Of a stretch of DNA of 64,000 nt, positions 1 to 14,492 are shown piece after piece. The notes beneath the pieces are model-generated. The model was not told the origin of the DNA. It searched no databases and worked only from the letters and a program-made list of their open reading frames with translations. Position numbers and translations under genes: made by a program. The DNA comes from Tubulanus polymorphus. Lineage: Eukaryota; Animalia; Nemertea. The stretch is taken from the NCBI RefSeq assembly GCF_964204645.1, contig NC_134027.1, positions 22,282,560 through 22,346,559 on the forward strand, written 5' to 3'. The stretch's first letter is position 1. Every line of letters starts with the position of its first letter.

Positions 1-590
1 CCATGAGTATACACCAGGTTTGCTAATGTAGCTGTACACCTGTTTCTCTCTTTTCTCAATTTCAATTAGAATCAATTCAAAATTATCAAAAACTAAAGAC
101 TGGAGATTGAGAGAAGCACATTGCGGCAACTATAAACTATTTTGGCGGTTATTTCAACCATATGTAATTTTCACGATTATAATTTTTTCGCGTCGTCAAA
201 ACCGTTACAATAATGTTAACATACATTGAACTGTGCGTTAAGGGGTTCTGTTTGAGTTGATGTGCACTACGTTATCAATATTGGCGTTTGAAAAAAACAA
301 TCATCAAAATTGGCGTTTTGTTTTGTGATTGAACTTATCCTATGAATCATATTTTTCATTTGATTTCATATCTTTTTCAAATTTTTGAGAGAATGTACGC
401 TACACCATTAATATATCGGAGCTAGACTGGCTGCCGGTCAATTCAATTAATTATCGATATGAAATTTAAATTCAAAATATCTTTATTGGCCCTTTATATC
501 CTATCAACTAGGTCATATTTATGAATCGTTGCCGACAATATTAAGCAATATGTATGAGTCATTCTTCAAGGCGTCAATAAACTTTCAAGT
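1..590 (+). repeat. Interspersed/segmental repeat, also at 11900-12390 (direct) and 56690-56930 + 57590-57680 (inverted, more diverged)
   Basis: Shared strings such as gagaagcacattgcggcaactataaacta and atatatcggagctagactggctg. Confidence 0.8.
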
Positions 591-644
591 TACTTTTCTC
601 TTTTATTTACTTATTCCAGTTTTTTAATTTGGCAATCCCTAGCA

Positions 645-820
645 ATGTAGAGAGAATCCCACAATTATAACGAAAAAGTCCGAAAATGTAACTTCGAGAT
701 AGTAGTTTATTTCAACGTTTCGACTATATTCTAATAGTCATTAGAAACGTTGAAATAAACTACTATCTCGAAGTTACAATTTCGGAATTTTTCGTTATAA
801 TTGTGGGATTCTCTCTACAT
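645..820. mobile_element. Near-perfect palindrome of Penelope-like termini
   Basis: Arms of ~75 bp, atgtagagagaatcccacaattataacg...ttcaacgtttc and its reverse complement. Contains the gactat..atagtcGAAACgtt hammerhead half; cctagcaat is repeated at 638 and 862. Confidence 0.6.
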
Positions 821-1109
821 CGCGTCAACACGGATATAGTGTTCTATCAATCGTGATAATTCCTAGCAATTATCAAATTAGCAAAGAACGTGTATCTCAA
901 TCATACTGTATAATCATACTGTATACTTCCACGGAAAAAAAAACGATTTTCAACGAACGATTCCAATGAATATTCTCGGCAAATGAAAAAAAATATATTC
1001 ACAAGTACAGTCAAGCTGGCCTAATGACCATGCAATTATCTTCAATTTTCAGTTGAACAAACCCATTCGATTCGTCTAGTTATAAATGCTCAAGGTTAAG
1101 CTAACTAAC

Positions 1110-2581
1110 CCCAGGGGCTATCTTGAATCCGGTTTGAGTCAAGTCAATCCTTGCCGCGCCCATTCCAGAGTTGTATCTAGCACACGCTTTCGCTTCGCCG
1201 TATTTCACTTTCTTAGTCGGGTTACAATTGACGGAAGCGAATGTATAATCTGCCTTGTTAACGATGTAATTCTGAAATATGAAGGAAAATAACGTTATTT
1301 TTCGTATACGGTACACTTCGATATCCGTATTTGTTTGTTGAACTTTTGACCTGATGTATACGCTATCAATAAACTCTGTTGTCAATCACGCTAGAAAACA
1401 GTTGAATGGGCTACCATCGAAAATTCATAAAGACTACACTGCGAAAGTATTCAGGTACGTTCGACAAACTACTTTTCTCGATAAAGATTTTTTACAACTC
1501 ATTTCCGACGTTTCTGTTATAAAGAATACAATTCTCTGCCAGTCGAGAAACTTCGATTTCCAATATATTGGTTGTTTTTTTTCTCTAATTTCCAACGTGC
1601 TGTTAACTCGAATAATGGGGCAGATCTTTATTGCGTCAATTTGACACGGCATACGTTCATCGCATACTCGTTATTCAACAAGTACAGAAAAGTATTACCT
1701 ATATCACTTTGAAGTACCATCAACAGGTTACCATCAATCAATAAATCATATTCAGCACGACGTACGTAGACCTACGTCTGTAGATATTACAATGATATTA
1801 GATAAAATATTTACTTACCCAAATAGAAATACGAACTCGCGAGAATTTGATGTAACACCAGTCCTTCCACACTCTATATATCCCTTTTTTCTTCGCCTCG
1901 CTGAAGTTATTTTTCGGCCCGGCCGGAAGCGGAAGGTACTCTCTAGGTGTTAGTGACGTCATCGCGTGGCAAAAGATTCTGAATTTTCGTTTATACGCAC
2001 TTTTTATCGGGTACAAATCGTAAGTCTTGTCTGCGGTATCGCCTCTGATCAACACATCCGTACAGGACACCGGTTTCAGACCTGCAGATGAAACAAAATG
2101 GCCGTATCGTCATAAGCTAGTTTCTTCAATGAGCAGTTATCCTGCTAAATGGCATACGTTCCCACCCGATTAAAATTGCGCTAATTTCAATTGACTTTTT
2201 TCCGGATTTTTAGCCTCCCCAATCAAACATTAGGCATCGTGTTCCAGACATATAGATATAACGAGATTTTGACGCCGGAAAAAAACATACACTAATTATG
2301 TACTTCGATTTAGAAATATTCTGTTAACTCGACCGCCGATCACACAACTATATCTGTACTTCGATTTCCGATTTCAAAATCAAACCACCTGTTTCGCTCC
2401 CGGCAGGTGTGGTGGGTCTGTAAGGGACACTCAATCAGAAAATCCAACGAAATTTACCAACCAAATGAATAACAGGGACAATCCCTATTTTAAGATTTTA
2501 AAAAACCATTACACTGGGGATTGTATACAGTGATAACTACGCGTCATTCAAGGGATACTGCACACACACACACACACGCAC

Positions 2582-2614
<33 letters not shown>

Positions 2615-3873
2615 GTGTAGATGCAGTGACCATCGAAATAAAGAGGAAAAGTGGAGAAATTATCTTTGGTTACTTGAGGTGATGACAAAAAATAAAGAAA
2701 AATCACCTTGAAGGATGAGTTAAGATTTATTTTGTATGACTTGCCCATAACTTAAAATCTCTATGAGATGAGATATTCTAGAATGTATATATTTCAAACT
2801 TTGATGATTAATTACATACTTACGATAGCGCTGGCAGTCATCTTCGAGAACTCTGCACTGAAAATTGATAAACAAATTTATAGACTGAATGCTGATTTGG
2901 GGGCCACATAGTCAATTTCAAACAATTTCTGTTTTTTCATTTCTCGTTTTAACGCTTCGTTTAAACTAACTTTTCATTTTAATGCCTTTCTTTGCTTGAA
3001 CTCGGACACAGCGATTTATTGGATACAACAAATATAGAATTCCGTCCAAAATAAGAAAATTTAATGCATTTCATACTGGATATAACGACCAATTGGTTAA
3101 AACAAACATCTTTTCTGGTGCTAATATTCGCTGTAACGAGGTTCCACTCTCTTGATATTGATATTGACAATGCTTAGAAAAAGGATCGCTTGGGGTTTTT
3201 AAAGTGCTATTCACTTTTTTCACTGGTTTACAGTCACAGAATGCTGATCCAAAATTGAAGCAGGCTAAATCTGTCGTTAATTGAATTATAGTCATTTCCT
3301 AATATTTCGATCGTGGGACTTAATCCGCACAATTACACTCATACAACTGTGGAGTCAAATTAGACCTCAAATTATGGAACTCATAGATCCAGAGTCAAAT
3401 CAAACAAATACAACTATGGAACTTGATCCGGAGAGTAGAAATCAAGCGCACCATTTTCGAACTGGATCCAGAGCCAATTTACGTAAACGCTTAAGCAGAG
3501 TATGGACATATTCTATGGAACATGCGGTTTGAATAGTGCAAAAATATCCTATACTGACCTTAAATCTAAATGCTGTGCCATTTCTTTGCCTGAACGTCGG
3601 GCCAATTGGTAACTTGTCACTCAATTCGCAAACGCTGGAATCTCCGTGATAATTGAACGATTTGCATTTAGTATCCAGTGAACACGCGGCGCTGCAACTG
3701 ATCAAAGAGTCTGAATTATTATCAATAGACAGATACGGTCCATCTATCGAGTAATCGTTTCCTCTTGTCGCTACTTCTGCGAAATATACCGAGCCCGTTT
3801 CGAAACATTCGCAGTTAATCAGCAAACAAGTCATAAGAATGTGAACGAGGTAAGTCATGCTTCTTATTTTCAT
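1110..3873 (-). CDS. Secreted PAN/Apple + GON domain protein, copy A (partial; exons 3873-3559, 2857-2824, 2081-1819, 1271-1110; last exon lies left of the window)
   Basis: Exon 1: signal peptide + PAN motif (CSAACSLDTKCKSFNY...CELS). Then a 34-nt micro-exon CRVLEDDCQRY and GON-like motifs SCTDV...IFCHAM...PREYLPLPAGPKNNFS and DYTFA...YGEAKAC...GAARIDLTQTGF. All introns GT-AG with consistent phases (0,1,0,0); exon sizes match copy C. Confidence 0.85.
2561..2613. repeat. (CA)n microsatellite
   Basis: Direct inspection. Confidence 0.95.
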
Positions 3874-6671
3874 TGCCGTCGCAATTTCATCCCTCTAACT
3901 ACGAATCTACAAAGAGTAGTGAATTACATCCTTTTTGAACGCGAAGCGTAGCTCATCTATTATTAAAATATCAAAACAAAGAAACACTGACATGCTGCAC
4001 GGTAAACTCATTGTTTTTCAAAAAAATTGAATATGGCTGAAACTATCAACTATTTCATCTAATTGGAGATCAATAGACTGGCGACAATATCGACTAGTTT
4101 TCCAAGCCGAATCTTCAGCGCGTTTTTCGAATAGAACAATAGATAATTGCAGCTTTCGTTGAAGCCATTTTTCCCGCTGGTTGTCCTATAACACAGCCAA
4201 TGTCGCTAAAGCCGTTATATTGATATATAAACAATCAACAAACGTTACTTGACGCCCGGGACTTGTTCCACATCTTTAGCAACGTGTGGTAAAATTTGAT
4301 TGTACAAATAATTGAATTAATCATTGTCTTTTTGTCCTTACTGAAATCTATAGAGTCGAATGGTGCCTTAAAGCTGATGGAACTCTCCTTTCAGGTCGCT
4401 GACAATAGGACGTCGCTAAAACACGTGGATGTACATTTTCTGAAGAAGGATGAACAGCAACCTAACATGAAAATAATGTTTTAAGAAGATACGAGCGGGG
4501 AAAGGAATCTTCAAACGTTGATGATACATAATTATATAGATTATGTTCTTACTGTACCACTGGCACGTAATCTCCAAGATACTTCTTTTACACTGAAATT
4601 CAATAAACGAATTTACGTAAAATGTATTGTAAATGTGCGTTGACTACCATTATGGATACTATGCTTCACTGCAATATCAGGAAAGAGAAACGTTTTGAGA
4701 ATATATCGAATTTCGTTTTTAAGACTGCAACGTGGAGAATTGATATTCACACCATTAATAATTAGTTTATTATTTCCAATAGAAGCGGCCCGATTTACAG
4801 TCACGGACTGCTAATTTGCACCTGCATTTTTACCTGGTTTATACAAATTCCATAAATGAGGCAATGAATCGAAATGGGCCAGAATTTGTTCACTTTCATT
4901 ATGCGACTTTTTAAAATTCTATCCACCAAATTGAATCCCCAATCTTTAGAATTGGGGTCAGATTCAAATTGAATTCGCAAGGGATGACAAGGCAAAAAGG
5001 CCGAATTCGTTTTGCATTTGAAATATTTTCGTCTAGAATAACTTTCCAAATTTGCTTTCCCGAAGGGCCGTTCACGTTCACACACGGCTTAAGCTTTCAA
5101 AGACGTTGTGTTATCTTGACTAATGAAACTTGATATCTTGCCGTGCAACGAAGCATACATCATCCGAACGTTTTAGGAAAAAAGGCTTCTGTTGAGATTA
5201 CCTCAATAATTCACTGTTAGCTAAAATCCCCTGTTAATCAATGTAATCCCTCGATATCAATCAACTTTCAGGTGCGTAGCTATAGTGAGGTTGGGTAAGA
5301 ATTGAACGAATTTGTGAAAGTACCACTTCGTGATGAGGACTCCGTGCCACCGGCTATACCACTAGATGGCGTGCAAATCAGTGCGGCGATCCTGTCAACC
5401 TGGTGGATCCCCGCTTGCCACAAGTGGAATCGTCGATTGCCACAGTCGAACGTAGAGTCCTCATGATAAGTAAAATTGAAACCTAAGCTCTACGTATTAT
5501 TTCCTGTGATTTTTGTTTTTGTTTTAACTAAGACATGTTGATAAAGTATCTTAAAAACGTGGTTCCATTTTTTCAATCATTGATTAACAGACCGTTATCA
5601 TTCTCACACCGAAAAGCACAGCAGTACCGGAATTTAAAGCATGTTCGAAATACACCCCGTGTATGTTCAAAAACAGTAAATGCGTTCTCAAATGTTTTGA
5701 TACTTTCTCAGTTTGTATCAAAAATATTGCCAATTTTTGGTTCTTAAGTCCTGAAAAATTATTTATTTTCGGCACAAATTCATACAAACGTGTCATCTAT
5801 ACCACAAAACACTTTATTAGCGGACCAATTTATGATGTTATGTGTTGGCCATAGAGCTCAATATCTGCCTATGATCATAACTTTCAAGCTCAGGCTCAAA
5901 CATCCTATTAACTTCCGCTCATTGGAATGGGGTACCCGACGATATAGTCAAACCCGTGGTGGGTACCTGCAAAACCACCTATCCCGCCAGATGGCGTGAT
6001 GAGCAGTAATTCGTCCTTGGTCAAAATTAGTTCATTTTCGATGAACTATGAACATGAGTTTTAGACTCCCGAATCCATATATTATCACGGCACTCACCAA
6101 ACATACAATACTTTCATTCTTCTACTCGGATATCGGTATAGTTACTAGCGAACCTGTCGGATCCTCGCATGCCATAAATGGAATCCTCGATTGCCACAGC
6201 ACCACTGCGGGTACCCCGTTGTGCACGCCGACCAAACAAGGTCGTACCACGTTACGACCCTTATTACAGAAGAGGCTATTACTTCATCAGTAACATTTTG
6301 TGGTTATATAATGACGTATAATTTCAAATAGATTCCCCGTCTAGAAATTAGAACATGTATATATGTTTTGAGAAATTACTGCCAATTGCCACGAAACGAA
6401 TGAGAGTTATGTGCCAAATATTGTGATTATTTCATAAAGCACACGAATTGCTATTCGTTTGTTTTACACATTTCTTGTCGCATAGCTGACTATGGACACG
6501 AACTTGAAGCTGATTTTGACGTTGTTAACAACGTTCTATACAGTAAGTGGAGAGATCATAGACATAGTCGCTTATTTTAGACAATTTGACTATTTCTCAA
6601 TTTGAAACATTTTTTGGCGAGTCTGAGAAATTGGAGAAATTCTGGAAAATATCTGGAATTCAAAAGCAGCG

Positions 6672-7649
<978 letters not shown>

Positions 7650-7971
7650 AACGGACACGATACTCCCGTGTTTATGCATGTGTTTCAAATATCTTCCAGC
7701 GTCATTTGAGAAAAAAACTTCGACATCGACTCGACTTATTGTGGATGCATATGTTATCTGACTTCGTAATCACTTCAATCGAGTTGTATGTATTTCATCG
7801 TTATAACCAAGAACCCAGAGGCTATTTTCAGTCAGGATAAAGTCCAAAATCCAAACAGAACTAGGTTTTTTTATCAACGAGATTCGGCTACATCCCGTCG
7901 GTTGTATAACCTTGTGATATATTCAGTAGTCATTTTATATTAAGTATATGAACTTACAGCAGATCCCAGTG

Positions 7972-8578
7972 AGGCCACACCAAAGGAAAACCCTGTTTTC
8001 TGTCCCGACCGACCCGATATTTCCCCATTTCAAATAATCATTTTCAAAATAAAGTATAATCGCCTACCGACCCTTTTTGAAAATTTTGGGTGAAATAACT
8101 TTTTTCAAAAATATATATGTGGCCGACCGACTACAAAACTCTCCTTTCTCGTAAATTTTTTTTAATATCAAATCGTGATGTCGGCACTGAGATCAACATC
8201 ATAAAAACATTTTATTATATCGGATTTAAAATTTGATTCTGGAAATGGCTCAGTCATGCTAAGACAACTTTGCTAATCGGACTTTGATGGCGACCTTGGA
8301 TTTTAAAATTCCAGGAATTCCGTGAAATATGTTCAAAATATAGTTTTTTTATAGTTAATTGTACAAACACCTCAATTTCCTTTTATTATTGTGGTCTACT
8401 AGCTGTTAATCATATTCCTGACTAAAAATTTAGTCCAGTAAAAATTATTTACGGCAACCTACCCACTGATAGAAGAATAAACGATATTTTTTTCTATAAA
8501 AAGAAAAGAAAATGTCCTACCTATCTACCCATTTTGGTGATTGCCCCGCCCGAGAAATAGGATTTTTTGGTGTGGCCT
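7972..8578. mobile_element. Non-autonomous DNA transposon (MITE) with TIR AGGCCACACCAAA
   Basis: aggccacaccaaaggaaaaccctgttttct at the left end; agaaataggattttttggtgtggcct at the right end; internal ccgaccga/cctacc subrepeats. Confidence 0.7.
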
Positions 8579-11500
8579 GATATATATCCGATCACCGTTA
8601 ATCCTGCTTTTAAACAAACACAAATACCTACATCTGATATCAAAGAGGACAAGAGAGAATCCCATTTTACTGGAAAAGTTCTTTTTCATCATGATAAAAC
8701 GAATGAGTCGTATACAGTCAACTATTTCAGTTCATGATGAAAGCTGATCGAAGTACATGTATAATTAACGTTGTAGCTTTTGGTACAAGTTGTGAAACTA
8801 AATTAGGCAACGATGCTCCTGGATGTCGTGCGGGCGCTTTACATTCACGGCGTGCACGTTATTGTGAGGCAAATACGAACCGTATCGAACCAAGTCGAAC
8901 CAATACAAGTGATAAGGCTTATTGCATTAGGAGCGTTTATCAATAAATGATCCGCTGTCATTTAGGATTGATGACATGATAATCATATCAACACAGACAG
9001 ATATCTCCTTAATATAAGTATTGCTCCGCTTTACTAATTAAGCTTCTCTGAAACTTGTTTACCTTCATAACCATTCTAACCATTGCACTGTTGAGCTCGA
9101 CGTCGAATATTGACACATCGGATTCAAAATTTCTCAAAATCTGTTACCTTCTGAACACGAAATCTTCAATTCCTGCTGGCGATAGTTTAAATACCTTGGT
9201 TTTTACAATTCTCCACAGGGAAACATCACACGGAATGTAAACCAGTAATTTCGTGATTTTGAATCAATTTTTTTTCACCTGGCAACTGGTCATCAACATT
9301 GAATATACACAATGGAACAATCTGTAATTTTGGTTCTTCTCAATTTTTAAAGCCATTCAAAAACACGGTAGCGCTCAACCATGCATGACGTATTTTTGCC
9401 CAGTTGTATACAAAGCCGACCTACGCCCGGCTTTAATCTCCCACGCCTAGCCGATAGAAGGAAGCAATCACGACTAAAGTCTATTTATTTTTGATTGTCC
9501 ACGATCTTTTTGGGATATTTCGCTTTGTTTTGGGTGTGCATACCTCATAATTTGACATTTTGTAACTTTTCCCGCAAATGTGTATGTCATTTGACTGTCA
9601 ACATAATAAATAAGACTCCGAAACTTCTGATAAATGGTCGATTGAAGTTCAAATATGGAATTTCAGTGAGAGGCAGGACAGGTGCAAGAGAATGCACATT
9701 CTCCGAAAAGACAAGCATTCGGTGTGCTAGAGTTTCTCGAATCCAAAGTGGTTTTGGGAATGAAAGCGATATTTCTGAAATTATTCATGCTATGAGAAAT
9801 ATGCATTGGAAATATTAGGAATATTTAGTGCCATTTCAGAGAAATACCCTAGTATCTTAAGAAAGTCAAATGCCGCCCGCGTCATAAACAAGTTCCCCAA
9901 TAAAAAAAAGCAAATGCGCTCGCCCGCATCGGGAAAGCATCAATTTTCTCAACAAAAATCAAAATCTGCTCGCCCACATAGCTGTATATTGTGCGACAGT
10001 GTTTTTATTCTGCGGTCGTTTATATGCTCACCCTCCCAAATAGGTAATCCACATTTTACTGTGACAACGGTTGAGTTCGTTTCATTTTACCTCATTTCGA
10101 TGAAGCGTGAAAATAGCGAAAATGTTTGTCTCCGTTTCGATATGAGTCGATATAGTTTGATTTTTTAGGTTAAAGTAGCTTCTTAATTCTAAATTAAGTT
10201 TCTGCACATGTTCTTCTTGCATTACTAGTATTTGTTCGTGGCATTAGTAGAAAAACTTCCCTCTGGCGTCTCTTCTATAAGTCTCTGGTTGAACTTTGTA
10301 TTTCAATCTTTTTTTAAAGCAATTGAAATAAAATTTAACCCCTCTCGTTACTTTCCAAAAAATTGATTACAAAACTAAGGTATTTCTTTGCGTGGCCTTA
10401 AGTAAATGGAAAGGCATATTTTCCACCTTGGTGAAACCCACTGTTCGTGTTGAAACGATGATAGGTAAGATTCCATGATGCAAAAAGAAAGACTCCGAAA
10501 AGGTTGATACGTCGGGATTCATGCTTGAATCTGTATTGAGAGATACATTTTCCTTATACGGAAATTGTGGTGTGTTTATTCGTGAATGTGGTTTTCAACG
10601 CTAGGCAGGTTCATTTACAAGTCAACTTGCCTGGTGTCGGAAATAGTAAAATCGGATTTTTAGCTTTTAGGAAATATATTGTTGGGCTTTCAGGAAATAT
10701 ATTATTGAGCTTTCAGCTATCAGCGGTCGAACAATAAATAACGAACAAGAAAATACGAGAGTTGGAGTTCATGGCCAGTGTTGCTATCATCAGACTCTAC
10801 TGGCGCCATACATAAACAATAAATAGTTATGTAAATAAACATGTCTTGGAATAACTTGAAAATTCTCACAGCGAAGCGAAACCAATGGTTAGGCCATGGG
10901 CTACGGCGAGTGCAAAAAGAATTTTTAGAATAATGTGACGTGTGTAGGAACGTAAACATTCCATACATGGGTCGGTGGAATGTTATGACGTATGATTGCG
11001 TAACAATCTGTGAATACCAAATCATGTGTAGTTAAGGGCCTGCACACGTTAAAATGTCGTAGAGAGGGCGTTTAGAGATACGTAGAATGTATACATCCGA
11101 CCAACAGAAAATAAAGATGGATAGATAGACTTAATAAGTCGTGCGAGTTGTTTTACATTAAGAGGATCATAAGCAGGTCGAGGAACCACAATGACCAGAA
11201 GATCCAATGGTACAACACGGAAGAACAACTACCAAAACAGTTACCCGGTTGAAAATGCTCTGGTGAATAAATTATAAATGCTGCACTAGTGCAGTTTTGG
11301 CATTTCGAAATATTGACATTACATTATCTACCTTATAATTGTCTACGCGATGGATCTATAAGAAACATTAAGAATTATGAATAGTTGATGAAATGGATGT
11401 AAAGGCGGGTGAAATAGCTTAAGTAATGGTCGACCGGTTGACAGGCTGTAACCTATTTTCATCGTTTACTCTAGCTGTCGACTGTCAACGGTCATTTGCT

Positions 11501-11649
11501 GTTATAACACTAACCGGTGAACGCAGTGTTACTTGACACACGCACTTTAATGCCGTACACAAAGCTTGACCGGTTTAATTAGATCGACTATATAATATAC
11601 ATCAATATTCGACATTCGTTCTGTAATTGTGGGATTTTAGGGCGTTATT

Positions 11650-11793
11650 TTACAACGGTGTCAACTGAAGAGCGTTATTGTTATTGCATCCCCCGCATTG
11701 TGCGCGGCATTTGATATTCATGATTTGTCTATTGGCAGTAAACGTCGGGCCGACCATGTTCCATCTACCGTATCCGTATTTCTTCCACGTTAC
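11650..11793 (-). pseudogene. Orphan terminal exon of a third PAN-GON paralogue (VTWKKYGYGRWNMVGPTFTANRQIMNIKCRAQCGGCNNNNALQLTPL*)
   Basis: tttcag acceptor, open frame to TAA, clear similarity to exon 5 of copy C. Upstream GON exons were not found; adjacent 11900-12390 matches the copy A intron (1-495). Confidence 0.7.
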
Positions 11794-12420
11794 CTGAAAT
11801 TATAAAATAGTTAGCAATAGACGTCGAGGGAACGGTAGCAATGTTATACCAGGCCTGGCGCATAGGATAACGGCGACGCTGTGGTGACAAGCGAGGATTC
11901 CATGAGGATATTACAGGTTTGCTAATGCAGCTGTAGACCTGTTTCTCTGTTTTCAATTAGAATCAATTCAAAATTATCAAAAACTTAAGACTGGAGACAG
12001 AGAGAAGCACATTGCGGCAACTATAAACTACTTTGGCGGTTATTTTAACCAAATGTAATTTTCACGATTATCATTTCGCGTCGTCAAAACCGTTACGATA
12101 ATCTTAACATACATTGAACTGTGCGTTATTTAAGGGGTTTTGTGCTACTCGATGTGCATTACGTTATCAATATTGGCGTTTGAAAAAACAATTATCAAAA
12201 TTGGCGTTTTGTTTTGTGATTGAACTAATCATATGACTCATATTTTTCATTTGATTTCATATCTTTTTTAAAAATTTTGAGAGAATGTACGCTACACCAT
12301 TAATATATCGGAGCTAGACTGGCTGTCGGTCAATTCAATTCAATTATCGATATGATATTTAAATTCAAAATATCTTTATTGGCCCTTTCTATTGTTGTTA
12401 TGTTTTTTCCATTGTTTTAG

Positions 12421-12642
12421 AAACAAGTCGGGACAGTAGACGGTATTGCCTGGGAGTTAAAAGGGTGTTATAGCCCGTACGTGAAGTGCAATGAGGGCAA
12501 CATTACGTATACGGGGGGTTTGAAATTGGATCAATACTGTTGCACCGGTCACAACTGCAACTCGGCCGACAAATCGACGCTAGCTCTGTCATCTCTCGTC
12601 TTAGTAACCGTCCTGACCTTCGTTATTCATCAACTTCGATAA
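12421..12642 (+). CDS. Ly6/uPAR (three-finger) family GPI-anchored protein, terminal exon only
   Basis: Polypyrimidine + ttttag acceptor, then KQVGTVDGIAWELKGC...C...YCCTGHNCNS followed by a hydrophobic GPI-signal-like tail and TAA. The KGC and CCxxxxCN motifs are diagnostic; upstream exons not identified. Confidence 0.75.
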   Translation, partial: KQVGTVDGIAWELKGCYSPYVKCNEGNITYTGGLKLDQYCCTGHNCNSADKSTLALSSLVLVTVLTFVIHQLR

Positions 12643-14335
12643 CAGACGTGACTATGATCCCCTGATTTGAAAATCCCCTATTTGATCAAAGTTTAAGTTC
12701 AAACTCACTGGAAATGCCAAAAAAATTATCAAATAATTTTCACATTGGACAATATAATAATACCTTTCGCATGCGTTATCCAACTACTGATAGACTTTAA
12801 GGAAGGCTACCCCATAAAGTTCTAATGACGTCATCGATTATTGCCAACAAATGAACGAACCTGATTTAGAAGATGCCGGCAATTCAATATCACGTCGCTA
12901 TGTTAGAGGCAAAAGTTTGGTTCGTGAATCATCACAATGGAGTCAGCCATATCTTTGAAGGGTTTAAATTGAATTTAAAATCAGAATTAATTCAAACATC
13001 TTAACATATCTGTACTTTTATCAAATATATATAGAAATATATAAATACGTGTTTTATAGTTTCTAAATTAAATGAATGTAGATATACATGAAATAGAATT
13101 GAACTGAATGTTTTGCATTAATCTTTTAAATTATATCATCATACCTACGCATGTATATAGATGGCTGTGTGTGTACGTCACAATTTGTTTTAAAGAAAAA
13201 CTATAAAGCGAAAAAAGCGTACAAAAGAAAGCAAAATTTCTACTGTTCATTTTATATCAGATGGAGGTTCACACGTCTTGAGGATAAAGAGGGTCACTGT
13301 TACACTGGTAACCAACAGCTGGCATTTATTCAATGATGATTTGATGAGAAAATTGGTTACATACTTTGTCGTATTTACGAACTTCGGATTTCGACTATTT
13401 GTCTAATTAAACGAACGCATGGCAGTTCGGTCTTACACATTTCACAGCGCGGGCTATCTTGGAATAGGTCAAACTTCGTGCTCAACTTGCGTTATTTCCT
13501 GACTATAGATCTGTCAAGCTGAAATTCGGCTTAGTTCGCCAATAGTCGAATAACTCCGGCAACCGAAATTTGTCTTGCTTGACATTTCAACTGACATTCT
13601 TCCAACTCGAATCCATTGTCAGTTTGACAAGAAGCAATGCGGTAACAGAAACGACTCGACTGGGAGACATACATGCATTCCCTTACACCCACCATCCATT
13701 GTGCTCTACAGGGAATCAGACTGGTTCTTCAGGGGAGAGGCGTGTCAGGAGCCACCGCCCCGCTCTAAAACACAGATGGGATAGATACCAGCTCCTCCAT
13801 GTTTGGGACATACCAATGCACGCGTATTCGTAGAACATCGGGCCAATGTACATGGACAATCCCTTATAGCGTTAGGTAAATAAGGGGGTTGCGATGAACT
13901 GCCTAAAATCCGCAAAAGGTTTGCATTTGAAAAATGAATTGACAGTCTAAGTCGAATAACCTGCCCTCTGCATTGCTGGACTTAGGCATACAAATACTTA
14001 GGACTGGCATTCAATTCAATGTTTATGATGACATTACATTTTTGTACACAATAAAAAATATGCATAAAATTATTTGTACATAGAATAATAATGAAAGATA
14101 AAATTAATATTAATGCCGGTTACCAAATCTAATACTCGCATGCACTGAGAAGGTAAATCGGGAATAAGGTATTTAAGGCATTAATCAAACCCTTTGTCTT
14201 CAAATTAATTGAACGATTGATGTTCCTCACCGCGGATGGAACGGCGCATCCTGTGCAAGTTGTGTAATGTTTCAGCATTCTAACCACTGTAGCAACCCAG
14301 CGGCTGGCAATCCACGTAACTTTTTGACTACTTAT

Positions 14336-14492
14336 AGCCTTACCCTTAACCCTTCCCTGTTATAATATATGACGGTCAAGAGCTCCCAAATGGTCAAGAG
14401 CCCCAAACCTCTTTCTGTGATCCTAACCCTTACCCTAACCCTAATCCTAAGGACCCTCTTGACCCTAACCCTGGACCCTAAGCCCTAACCCT
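14336..14492. repeat. Degenerate (CCCTAA)n telomere-like repeats (similar tract at ~61205-61310)
   Basis: cctaacccttaccctaaccctaatcctaa...ccctaaccctgg...gccctaaccct. Confidence 0.6.

Noticed and set aside
3071-3295. Cys-containing ORF as a possible EGF-like exon of PAN-GON copy A
   Set aside because: No counterpart in copy C; the 34-nt micro-exon already gives the correct phase in both paralogues.
5330-5466. GTGATGAGGACTC looked like a hammerhead core
   Set aside because: It pairs with gagtcctcat at ~5455 as a short TIR of a small repeat (related ggaatcctcgattgccacag strings at ~6180, 11880, 22250, 26140); no GAAA core.
14336-14492. Possible telomere or fusion site
   Set aside because: Short and degenerate; typical of TE-internal CCCTAA repeats.
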